Part shown: piece by piece, positions 38,184 to 46,384 of the stretch
Numbering within the stretch: position 1 is the first letter of the stretch
Layout: every line of letters begins with the position of its first letter
Made by a program: the position numbers and the translations under genes
NCBI GenBank assembly: GCA_021793215.1
Contig: JAJYTE010000008.1
Span: forward strand, 14,876 to 78,875
DNA from: Bacillota bacterium
Lineage (GTDB): Bacteria > Bacillota > Sulfobacillia > JAJZYS01 > JAJYTV01
Direction: 5' to 3'
DNA: 64,000 bases
The notes under the pieces: generated by a model
Databases searched by the model: none
What the model was told of the DNA's origin: nothing
Seen by the model: only the letters and a program-made list of their open reading frames with translations

Positions 38184-39917
38184 ATGGGCCTGTTCGGCTA
38201 CCGGCGCGAGGATGTCCTTCGCCTCGCGGGTCAGATCGAGCAGGATGAGCTCGCTGCGCATGACCAGTTCGCGGAGCGCGTCACCGAGCAGGAGTCCGAG
38301 GTCGCCACCCTACGGGGTCGGCTCGCGGCGCTCGACGACGTGCTCCTTCGTCTGCGCGCGGACCGCGAGCATCTCGAGAGGCTGCTGGCGCTGGCACGAG
38401 ACAACTCCGCGACGCTCGAGGCCGGCACGCAGCGCGAGGTGGATCGGCTGAACGCTGAGCAGGGGGAGGAACTCGCGCGTCTGCGCGAATTCCTCCCACG
38501 ACTCGAGCAGGAGATCGCCGGCGTGGAGGGAGAGGTGACGGACCTCGCCCATCGCCTCGACCTCGTCGTGCGCGGAGATGTGTCTGAGACCTCGGACGCG
38601 GGTTCGTCGGGCGACTTCGCGGACGTGGCGGCTGCCCTACTCGAGCGTACCCCCAAGCATTTCCCCGTACGGCGCCTGCCGGGTGGCCGCACGGTTCTCG
38701 CGCTGCCAGAGGGCAGCGCGAGGCTTCAGGTCCGCGGCGGCGCAGTCGTCGCGTCCGTTGTCGGTCTCGTGGTGAGTCCGCCGCCCCACCGGGTGCTTGG
38801 GTTCGCGGTGGAGGGCGGCGACGCGACGGGGGTCGTGCCTGCGGCCGACGTCGCCGCGCTGCGCCAGGGGATCGTGCTCGTGCGCGACAAGTACCGCCTC
38901 GTGGCGGAGTCCGCTGTGCCCGACGAGGCGACCCGAGCGATCTTCCCAGTGACTCGCCCGTCCGCCACGGGTAGTCCTTTGGTCGAAGAGGTACCGCCTG
39001 CGAGGGACGACGCGGCGGACGCCGCGGACTTCGAAGCCGCAGGGCAGCGAAACGTGACCCAGAGGCCACCCGAGGAAACGGTCGCACCACAGCCTTCCGT
39101 CCCGGAGAAGCTGCCCGGCGCTTCGCCCGAAGTCGAGGCCGATGCGCCGGAGCCGCAGGACGCGGAGCCGGCCGCGCGCGAGATGGCGGCGGCGGTTGAA
39201 GACGCCGCCACTGCGCTTGAGGATGTGGAACCGACCGCCGCAGAGGCGGAGACGCCCGGATCGGAGGATGAGGCGCCCGCGACACGGCAGGACGCGCGCG
39301 CTGAGGTAGCGGATGTAGCGCTCGCGGCGCCTGCGCAAGGCGACCCGCTGCGCACGCCGACCAGCGCAGCGCGCAGCGAGGGGCCGCCGTCCGACGGAGA
39401 CCGCGTGAAGTCGTCGGGTGAACCACCGGCGGCGCCGCCCGCATGGCCGGAGCCAGCGCACGCCCTTGCGACATCAGAGGTGCCGCAACCCGACGCCCCG
39501 CCCGACGTGGAGATTGAGTGGCCTGAGGGAGTGCCGATGCCGGTCTGGCAACTGCCGGACGAGCGGCCCGCGGCGGCGTACGAGCCGCCGCACCGTGCGG
39601 CCGCGTCCCGCCCGCAGCCGACGCAAGTGCCGCCGCCCGAGCCGCCGCGGAGCCGCCCTCCCGAACCGCCCCGGCCGCGGGCGCCGGAACCCGCGCATCG
39701 TCCGGTCGCGGCTGGTTCGCCGACGCTCACGCCCGGTCTCAACATCCTCGCGTTCCTTCAGGGGAAGGTCGTCGGGCGCGACATCGTGGACGGCGCAGGC
39801 AATGTGCTGGCCGCGCGGGGGGCGTCCATCACGGCGGACCTCGTGGAACTCGTGGACGCCGCCGGCATGCTGCCGGAGATGATCGTCTACATGACCCTGC
39901 CCGAGGGCGGCGGTTGA
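38184..39917 (+). CDS. DivIVA-domain protein (long paralog) with a coiled coil, a ~200-aa Pro/Glu/Ala-rich low-complexity region and a small C-terminal PRC-barrel-like domain.
   Basis: The N-terminus LFGYRREDVLRLAGQIEQDE is a DivIVA motif. Low complexity spans ~aa 300-520 (PEPPRSRPPEPPRPRAPEP). The C-terminus is LQGKVVGRDIVDGAGNVLAARGASITADLVELV. ATG 38184 is preferred over the track GTG 38136. Confidence 0.6.
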   Translation: MGLFGYRREDVLRLAGQIEQDELAAHDQFAERVTEQESEVATLRGRLAALDDVLLRLRADREHLERLLALARDNSATLEAGTQREVDRLNAEQGEELARLREFLPRLEQEIAGVEGEVTDLAHRLDLVVRGDVSETSDAGSSGDFADVAAALLERTPKHFPVRRLPGGRTVLALPEGSARLQVRGGAVVASVVGLVVSPPPHRVLGFAVEGGDATGVVPAADVAALRQGIVLVRDKYRLVAESAVPDEATRAIFPVTRPSATGSPLVEEVPPARDDAADAADFEAAGQRNVTQRPPEETVAPQPSVPEKLPGASPEVEADAPEPQDAEPAAREMAAAVEDAATALEDVEPTAAEAETPGSEDEAPATRQDARAEVADVALAAPAQGDPLRTPTSAARSEGPPSDGDRVKSSGEPPAAPPAWPEPAHALATSEVPQPDAPPDVEIEWPEGVPMPVWQLPDERPAAAYEPPHRAAASRPQPTQVPPPEPPRSRPPEPPRPRAPEPAHRPVAAGSPTLTPGLNILAFLQGKVVGRDIVDGAGNVLAARGASITADLVELVDAAGMLPEMIVYMTLPEGGG

Positions 39918-41116
39918 TCGGCTCGCGCCGATCGGCGCGCCTATCGAGCCCGTTCGCCCGCCGCACGGCGGCCATCCTCGCCATCTCGCTCGTCTCGGGG
40001 CTGGCGGCGTACGGGTTCAACCTGCTCGTCGACGCCTTCTACGGGCCGCAGGCGCTGGCGCGCGTGCTCTCCGCGCTCGGTGCGGCCGCGACGCTCGGAT
40101 TGCCGGCCGCCGTCGTCAGCCTGCCGGTCGTGACATGGTCCGGGCAGGCGCACAACTGGAGGCGGCGCCTGCCCGCCGTGCAGGCGGGGTTCGTGGTCTT
40201 GGGTTTGATCAGCGGGGGCGGCATCCTACTGCTCGGGCGTACCTTCCCATCCGACTGGCTCCTGCCCGTCGGCCTGCTGGTCGCGCTGTCGACGTACCTG
40301 CCAGCCGTCAGCCAGGGAGCACTCGTCGGCCGGACTGCGTTCGTGGCAGCGGCGCTCGTCACGATGCTGCCGAACGTCCTGCGCTTTGCCGGCATTCTGG
40401 TCGTCGGTCCGCACCAGGGCGTCTCCACGATCTTCTGGGTGCAAGTGGCGAGCTACGGCGCGGCCGGAGTGATCGGCCTCGTCTGGCCGTACCTCACCTC
40501 GCATCCAGAAGCCGTGCGTGCGGTGAAGGCCACGCCGTGGGCTTCGGGGTGGGTGGCCCTCTCGGTGATGGCATGGCTTTCGGTGGACATCTTCGTCGCG
40601 ACGCTGCACCTCGGTGCGCAGCGGGCCGCCGGCTACGCGGTGATCGGGCTGCTTGGCAAGGCGCCCTTTTACCTTGCGCAGCCCGTGGTGCTGATGGTGA
40701 TCGGAGAGGAGGGGTGGGGTAGCACCCGCCGCGGTCCGGGCAGCCTTGCGATCGCGGCGATCACCGCCGTGAGCGTGCTGATCTCGCTGGCATTGGGACA
40801 CCTCGCCATGCACCTGATGGGCGTGGATCTGCCGGGCTGGCTCCTCGCGGCGTACGCCGTCGGGGCTTGCGCCCTGAGCTTGGGTTACCTGTGGGGAGGG
40901 TCGGCTGCGCAGCGCTCGCTCCACCACTGGTGGCCACAGCTCGCGGCCTGCGCGGTCTGGGTGGCGTGGGCGCTTCTACTGGGCGGCGGAACCACGTCGC
41001 TCGTGATCGGGTACCTCGCGGCGCAGCTCCTTGGGGCGGCAGGCGTCGTCTCGATCGGCTGGAGGCATTCCGCGGCGCAGTCCGGTAGGGAACCCGGCGG
41101 CGTGCTGGCGAACTGA
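39914..41116 (+). CDS. Polytopic membrane protein, possibly a Wzx/PST-family (MOP superfamily) oligosaccharide flippase.
   Basis: ~12 predicted transmembrane segments over 400 aa. Its start overlaps the stop of the long DivIVA paralog (TTGA). The family assignment is from topology and length only. Confidence 0.4.
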   Translation: MIGSRRSARLSSPFARRTAAILAISLVSGLAAYGFNLLVDAFYGPQALARVLSALGAAATLGLPAAVVSLPVVTWSGQAHNWRRRLPAVQAGFVVLGLISGGGILLLGRTFPSDWLLPVGLLVALSTYLPAVSQGALVGRTAFVAAALVTMLPNVLRFAGILVVGPHQGVSTIFWVQVASYGAAGVIGLVWPYLTSHPEAVRAVKATPWASGWVALSVMAWLSVDIFVATLHLGAQRAAGYAVIGLLGKAPFYLAQPVVLMVIGEEGWGSTRRGPGSLAIAAITAVSVLISLALGHLAMHLMGVDLPGWLLAAYAVGACALSLGYLWGGSAAQRSLHHWWPQLAACAVWVAWALLLGGGTTSLVIGYLAAQLLGAAGVVSIGWRHSAAQSGREPGGVLAN

Positions 41117-41128
41117 TCCAGAAAGGCG

Positions 41129-42724
41129 GTGGCATTGGTGCACTGGCAGTTGCTCGGGCCCGCCGCGATCGCTTCCGCCAGCCTGTTCGGCCGGCCACGC
41201 GCGCGCGCAGCGGGCGTGGACGAGGTCTGGGAGGCGCTGCGGGCCAACGTGGCGCCGCCCTACGACCTGACCGAGACGCTCGCGCTCGCCCTCGACGGCC
41301 TTGGCGAACTCGTCCCGGCGGAGGGGTACTACGCGTACGCGGCGCCGCGTGGCATCGCCGAACCGCAGCTGCGGCTGACGCGGTCCGAGACGGGCACTCC
41401 GCAGATCGGGATCAACTACGCCGGACTGGTGGCCGGTGCCCCGATCCGACAGGCGCCGCTCGAGGTGCCCGCCCCGCCGGAGGGCATCACCTGCGAGGAG
41501 AACGGCCCTCCGGCCGAACCCTACCTCACCATCACCCTCGGTCCACGCCTCGTGCTGCGGGCGGCGCTTCGTCGCCGCCAGCATGTCGGAGAGATCGAGC
41601 GCAAGGCCGTGCTCGCCTTCGCGTCGCGCCTGCAGCCGGTACTGGCGCTGATGATCGCCCTGGAGGACGCGAAGGACGCCGGTGGGGTCGCAGCCGTCGA
41701 GGACGCGACGCGCCAATGGCGGACAGGTCTGACGCTGCAGGCGGACAAGCTCCTGGGCCTCGTCTCTCGGCTTGGCGGCGAGGCGCTGGGCGCCGACGCG
41801 GGGTACTGCGTCGTCTGGCAGGGAGACGAACTGGCGAGCGTCTGGCTGACGGGGATGGGGGACGACCTGCGGCGGGCGCTCGACCCGAAGCAGTTGCCTG
41901 CCGTGCCGGCTGGACTGTGGCTGGCGCCACGGTTGCCCCCAGGGATCGAGGAACTGGGCTTTCAGGGGTTCGCGCTCGTCTCGGTGCGAGACGGAAGCCG
42001 CGGCGGGGCGGTGGGCTACGGGCTCCGGGAGGCGCCGCGCGCCGAGGCGTCGGCGACACAGGTGCTCGCGACCCTTTCGGACAGCCTGCGCCGCAGCCTT
42101 GACAGCCGGCTGCTGGTGCTGGGGATCGGGCGCAGCTACCTGCACTCGCTCTTGGCCGTCGCCGACCTCCTGGACGCAACAGCGAACGCGACGGGCGACC
42201 ATTCCCGGCAGGTGTCGGACCTCGCCCAGCAGATCGGGCGGCAGATGGGGCTCGTAGGCGCAGACATCGAGGCCGCGCGACTGGGCGGCCTCCTGCACGA
42301 CATCGGGATGGTGGCGGTGGACCTCGGGCTCCCCACGACCCATGGACCGCTGAGCGAGGCGAAGCGGTCGATCATCCAACAGCACCCTGTCGTCGGCGCG
42401 GCGCTCCTCGAAGGACTGCCGCCGGAGATCCTGCCTGCGAGCGTTCCTACCGCGGTGCGCCAGCACCACGAGCGCTGGGACGGACACGGCTACCCCGACC
42501 GCTTGGCGGGGCCGGAGATCGACCGGGTGGCCCGCATCCTGGCTTGCGCCGAGGTGTTCGTCGCGAGGACCAGCCCGCGCAGTTACCGCGCGGGACTCAG
42601 CCAGGGGCGGGCCCTGCACGAGATGCTGAGCCTTGCCGACCGGCAGATCGATCCCGAGGTCGTCTCCGCCCTCGTGGCCGTGTTCGCCGCCCGCGGAGTC
42701 GCACCGCAGGCGCCCGAGGCCTAG
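41129..42724 (+). CDS. HD-GYP domain phosphodiesterase with N-terminal GAF-like sensory domains.
   Basis: HD motif LLHDIGMV and the HHERWDGHGYP signature in the C-terminal domain. Confidence 0.85.
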   Translation: MALVHWQLLGPAAIASASLFGRPRARAAGVDEVWEALRANVAPPYDLTETLALALDGLGELVPAEGYYAYAAPRGIAEPQLRLTRSETGTPQIGINYAGLVAGAPIRQAPLEVPAPPEGITCEENGPPAEPYLTITLGPRLVLRAALRRRQHVGEIERKAVLAFASRLQPVLALMIALEDAKDAGGVAAVEDATRQWRTGLTLQADKLLGLVSRLGGEALGADAGYCVVWQGDELASVWLTGMGDDLRRALDPKQLPAVPAGLWLAPRLPPGIEELGFQGFALVSVRDGSRGGAVGYGLREAPRAEASATQVLATLSDSLRRSLDSRLLVLGIGRSYLHSLLAVADLLDATANATGDHSRQVSDLAQQIGRQMGLVGADIEAARLGGLLHDIGMVAVDLGLPTTHGPLSEAKRSIIQQHPVVGAALLEGLPPEILPASVPTAVRQHHERWDGHGYPDRLAGPEIDRVARILACAEVFVARTSPRSYRAGLSQGRALHEMLSLADRQIDPEVVSALVAVFAARGVAPQAPEA

Positions 42725-42749
42725 CCCGAGTCCTAGAAGGAGTGGACCC

Positions 42750-43547
42750 ATGCGCGCACCTCGCCTGCGCGGTCGCACGTTCGTCGTCTACTATGGCTAC
42801 GGCCCACTTCCGGAGATCGCCGATTACGACATCGCGATCCTGGAGCCGGCCGGTTGGCGCTCGCCGGACCTCGCGGCGCTCACGCGCCGGGGGGTGCGCC
42901 GCATTGCGTACGTCTCCGCGCTCGAGGCGACCCCGGAGACACTCCGCCGCATCGGCGTCGGTCAGCAGGACCTCCTGCGCAGCGGGGATGAACCGTGGCT
43001 GCGCGAGCAGTTCGGTACCTACGTCGTCGACCCGCGCTGCCGCCCGTGGCGCCAGCACCTGCAGCAGCAGTGCCAGCGGCTGATCGCGGAGGGATGGGAC
43101 GGGATCTTCCTCGACAGCCTCGGCGACGTCGAGGATCAGGCGGTGCAGGATCGCGCCGCGTGGCTGGTGCCTGCCGCGGCGGACCTCGTGCGGAGCGTGC
43201 GCAGCACGATCGGGCAGAGCCTTCTGCTGCAGAACAACGGGATCTTCTTCCTCCTGCCGCTCGTGGCCAAGCTCCTGGACGGGATCTGCTGGGAGGGCGA
43301 CTTCGAGCCCGAGACGACCGGTGGACCCTGGCTGCGCATGGTGCTCGAGCAGATCTCCGGCGTTGCGCGCGACGAGGGGGTTACTCCGCTTCTGCTGAGC
43401 GAAATCCCGGTAGGGGAGGGCGAAGCCTCGCGCATGGCCATGCTGCGGGATCTGAGTCAGCGCTACGGCATGCTCGCCTACTCGGCGCCGCTCGACTACG
43501 CGCGTGGCATCCGCAGCGTCGACGGCAGTGTCGTTCTGGGCAGGTAA
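42750..43547 (+). CDS. Putative GH114-like (endo-alpha-1,4-polygalactosaminidase/PelA-hydrolase-like) TIM-barrel protein.
   Basis: 265 aa. Pattern VVYYGYG...DYDIAILEP...RRIAYVSA...GWDGIFLDSLGD resembles Glyco_hydro_114. A strong GAAGGAG RBS precedes the ATG at 42750. Confidence 0.4.
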   Translation: MRAPRLRGRTFVVYYGYGPLPEIADYDIAILEPAGWRSPDLAALTRRGVRRIAYVSALEATPETLRRIGVGQQDLLRSGDEPWLREQFGTYVVDPRCRPWRQHLQQQCQRLIAEGWDGIFLDSLGDVEDQAVQDRAAWLVPAAADLVRSVRSTIGQSLLLQNNGIFFLLPLVAKLLDGICWEGDFEPETTGGPWLRMVLEQISGVARDEGVTPLLLSEIPVGEGEASRMAMLRDLSQRYGMLAYSAPLDYARGIRSVDGSVVLGR

Positions 43548-43557
43548 GGCAGGAAAA

Positions 43558-44397
43558 ATGTACATTCCTGACGTATTCCGTCGCGATGGACACGCGGCGG
43601 GAGGGAACGGCGTGGTCGTCTTCCTCATCCCAGAGTACAACGAGGAGCGGACCATCCTCGACATCCTAGGCAGGGCCGAGCCCTTCGCCGACCTCTTGGT
43701 CGTGGTGGACGACGGCTCGCACGACGACTCGCAGGCGCTCGTGCGCGGTTGGTGCGAATCGCACAGCAAGGTCGCACTGTTGAGCCACGCAAGGAACCGC
43801 GGCATGTCCGGTGCCTTGCGCACGGGCTTCCGCTACGTGCTCGACCTCGGAGCGCAAGGACTGATTGAACCGGACAGCATCGTCGTGACGCTCGACGCGG
43901 ACGGACAGCACCTGCCGGAGGAGGCGGGCCCCGCCGTCGCTGAACTCGACGCGCGCGGCGTCGACGTCCTGCTGGGACGTCGCGACCTCTCGGGCTACCC
44001 GCCCAGCAAGCAGATCGGCAACTGGCTCCTCTCGCTCTGGGCGAGCCTGCTGAGCGGATACCGTTTCCGCGACGTGGAGTGCGGATTCCGATTGATGCGC
44101 GTCGCGGTGATCGCCGACATCATGCCATTCTTCACCGGCCGGAATTACGGGTGCGCCCAGGAACTCGGCATCCTGCCCGTTCGGCGCGGCTGGAAGGTGG
44201 ACAACACCCTTCCGACCCGCGTCGCCTTCTACCGCAAGGGGGCGCGCATCCGCGATGGCCTGACCAACATGCGCATGGGCCTCGTCGCGTACCTGCGCGT
44301 CACCTTCGGCCGGATGCGGCAGGAGTCGCCAGCGGACGCCTTCGAAGTCACCTGCGATCCCGGCGTCCTGGACAAGTACGCGCTCGCGCTGCAGTGA
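43558..44397 (+). CDS. Family 2 glycosyltransferase (Dpm1/GtrB-like, GT-A fold).
   Basis: VVFLIPEYNEE...VVDDGSHDDS...TLDADGQH motifs (DxD and ED). Confidence 0.8.
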   Translation: MYIPDVFRRDGHAAGGNGVVVFLIPEYNEERTILDILGRAEPFADLLVVVDDGSHDDSQALVRGWCESHSKVALLSHARNRGMSGALRTGFRYVLDLGAQGLIEPDSIVVTLDADGQHLPEEAGPAVAELDARGVDVLLGRRDLSGYPPSKQIGNWLLSLWASLLSGYRFRDVECGFRLMRVAVIADIMPFFTGRNYGCAQELGILPVRRGWKVDNTLPTRVAFYRKGARIRDGLTNMRMGLVAYLRVTFGRMRQESPADAFEVTCDPGVLDKYALALQ

Positions 44398-45521
44398 GCC
44401 GGGCCCTCCTCACCGACGGCCTGCAGCGCAAGACGCTCGTTGCCACGCGGTCCCTTGGTCGAGCCGGCTGGCAGGTCGCCGTCGCGGACGACCGGCGCCT
44501 GAGTCTCGCCCGCTGGTCGCGGCACTGCAGCGAGGCACTGCGAAGCCCCACACCCGACGATACGGCGTACGGGGAATGGCTTTGCGCGGCTGCGCGCGGC
44601 TTCGACGTGGTGCTGCCGATGGACGACCTCTCGATGGCGGCTGCGGTCGCGCAGGGTGCGCGCCTGCCCGGTAGTCACCTCCTGCCGACGGCGGAGCAGT
44701 TCTCACTGGCGCGCGACAAGCTTCGCACCGCCGAACTCGCGGCGCGCAGCGGGGTTCCCCATCCGCGCAGCCTTGGCGTCGAGACGCAGGCCGACGTCGC
44801 GCGTGCGCGCGACGCGCTGGGCGGCGACACCGTCCTTCGGCCGCGCAAGGGTTCGGGCGGACGGGGCGTGCGCTTCCTGCCGGCGGGCGCACCGGCGCCG
44901 CGGGGGAACTTCGGGGGCCACCTCGTGCAGGAGTGCGTTCCCCTTGGGCGCAAGTTCGACGTGGGCCTGCTGTTCGGCGCAGAGGGCGACCTGCGCGCGC
45001 AGTTCTGCCAGGAGGAGCTGCGTTGGTTCCCAAGACGCCAGGACGCCAGCACGCTGCAGCGCAGCGTGGAGCGACCGGACCTCGTGGAACTCTCGGCCGA
45101 GCTCTTGCGGGAGGTGGGTTGGCGGGGTCTCGCGGAGGTGGAGTGGCAGATCGGCGCCGGGGGAACCCCGATGCTCCTCGAGGTGAACCCCCGCCCGTGG
45201 GCCTCGCTCGGCCTGGCTGTGGCGGCGGGAGTTGACTTCCCGCGCCTTTGGGCGGGCCTTGCGCTCGGCCAGGACGTGCGCGGTCCCGAGCACTATCGCA
45301 CCGACCTTCTCTGCCGCTGGTCGCTGCCGGCAGACGCGCTGCACTTCCTCCGCCACCCGCTGCGCGGGCTCGGGCAGGACGGCGGCCTGCGTCGGTCGGG
45401 CGAGCGGCTCGTCGACGACGTCATCGACCCAGGCGACCTCGGGCCGACGTTCGGCTTCGCGCTCGCGGTGCTCGGCCACGCGTTCGACCTTCGGACGTGG
45501 CGGCAGGTGATGAGGTGGTAG
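44394..45521 (+). CDS. ATP-grasp domain enzyme (carboxylate–amine/thiol ligase superfamily).
   Basis: Pre-ATP-grasp and ATP-grasp features (RPRKGSGGRGV...HLVQECVP...LAEVEWQI...MLLEVNPR). GTG start overlapping the GT2 stop by 4 nt. Confidence 0.65.
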   Translation: MSRALLTDGLQRKTLVATRSLGRAGWQVAVADDRRLSLARWSRHCSEALRSPTPDDTAYGEWLCAAARGFDVVLPMDDLSMAAAVAQGARLPGSHLLPTAEQFSLARDKLRTAELAARSGVPHPRSLGVETQADVARARDALGGDTVLRPRKGSGGRGVRFLPAGAPAPRGNFGGHLVQECVPLGRKFDVGLLFGAEGDLRAQFCQEELRWFPRRQDASTLQRSVERPDLVELSAELLREVGWRGLAEVEWQIGAGGTPMLLEVNPRPWASLGLAVAAGVDFPRLWAGLALGQDVRGPEHYRTDLLCRWSLPADALHFLRHPLRGLGQDGGLRRSGERLVDDVIDPGDLGPTFGFALAVLGHAFDLRTWRQVMRW

Positions 45522-46384
45522 ACACGCACGCGCTGACGATCGACGTGGAGCACTGGTACGACGCGACGCTCGCCGCGCGGCCCCCGAGGGTCGACCCGAG
45601 CCACGCGGAGCGCGAGCTCGATTCCATCCTCGCGCTCCTCGAGCGCCACGGCGCGCATGCGACCTTCTTCGTCCTCGGCAGCCTCGCCGAGGATCTTCCG
45701 CAGTGCGTTCGCCGGATCGCCGCGGCGGGACACGAGGTGGCCTGCCACGGTTTGACGCACGAGCTTTTGTGGCAGCTCGGGCCCGCGCGCCTGCGGGCCG
45801 AGGCGGGCAGGGCCAGGGCGCTGCTGCAGGACCTCAGTGGGCAGGAGGTCGCGGGGTTCCGCGCCCCGACCTGGTCGCTCGACCGCCGTACGCCCTGGGC
45901 CCCCGCGACCCTTCTCGCGCTCGGCTTCTCCTACGACGCGAGCGTGTTCCCGCTGCGCACCCCGCTCTACGGCGCGCCGGGCGCGCCCACCTCCCCGTAC
46001 CTGCTCGCCGGAGGAGGAGGGAGCATCCTCGAACTGCCGCCTGCGGTGCTGGAGATGGGACCGCTGCGGCTGCCCGTCGCCGGGGGGATCTACTGGCGCG
46101 TCCTCCCCGCGGGCATCGTCTCGCTGGCCCTGCGCGGGCAGTCCCCGCGCGTCCTCTACGCCCATCCCTGGGAGGCTGCGCCAGCCGGTTGGTCGCTACC
46201 TCGGTCCACGGGCTTGTCCGCGCGCTTCGCGATGCGCTTCGGGAGAGGTCACCTTGCCAAGGTCCTGGACCGATTGCTTGCAACCGTTCGCCTCGTGTCG
46301 ATCGCCGAAGCCTACGAAAATCTTGTCCGCGACGAACTTCGCACCTGGTCACTCGACGCGGCGGCGATCACTGATGGATCCTGA
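45515..46384 (+). CDS. Polysaccharide deacetylase (CE4 family with a DUF3473-like C-terminal segment).
   Basis: CE4 motifs HALTIDVEHWYD, ...HGLTHE..., ...FRAPTWS.... GTG start overlapping the ATP-grasp stop by 7 nt. Confidence 0.75.
   Translation: MVDTHALTIDVEHWYDATLAARPPRVDPSHAERELDSILALLERHGAHATFFVLGSLAEDLPQCVRRIAAAGHEVACHGLTHELLWQLGPARLRAEAGRARALLQDLSGQEVAGFRAPTWSLDRRTPWAPATLLALGFSYDASVFPLRTPLYGAPGAPTSPYLLAGGGGSILELPPAVLEMGPLRLPVAGGIYWRVLPAGIVSLALRGQSPRVLYAHPWEAAPAGWSLPRSTGLSARFAMRFGRGHLAKVLDRLLATVRLVSIAEAYENLVRDELRTWSLDAAAITDGS

Noticed and set aside
39300-39720. Pro/Glu/Ala-rich repetitive DNA inside the long DivIVA gene, as a possible tandem repeat element.
   Set aside because: The repetitiveness is at the protein low-complexity level (PEPPRPRAPEP-like). 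It lies in frame within a CDS, not an intergenic repeat or a mobile element.
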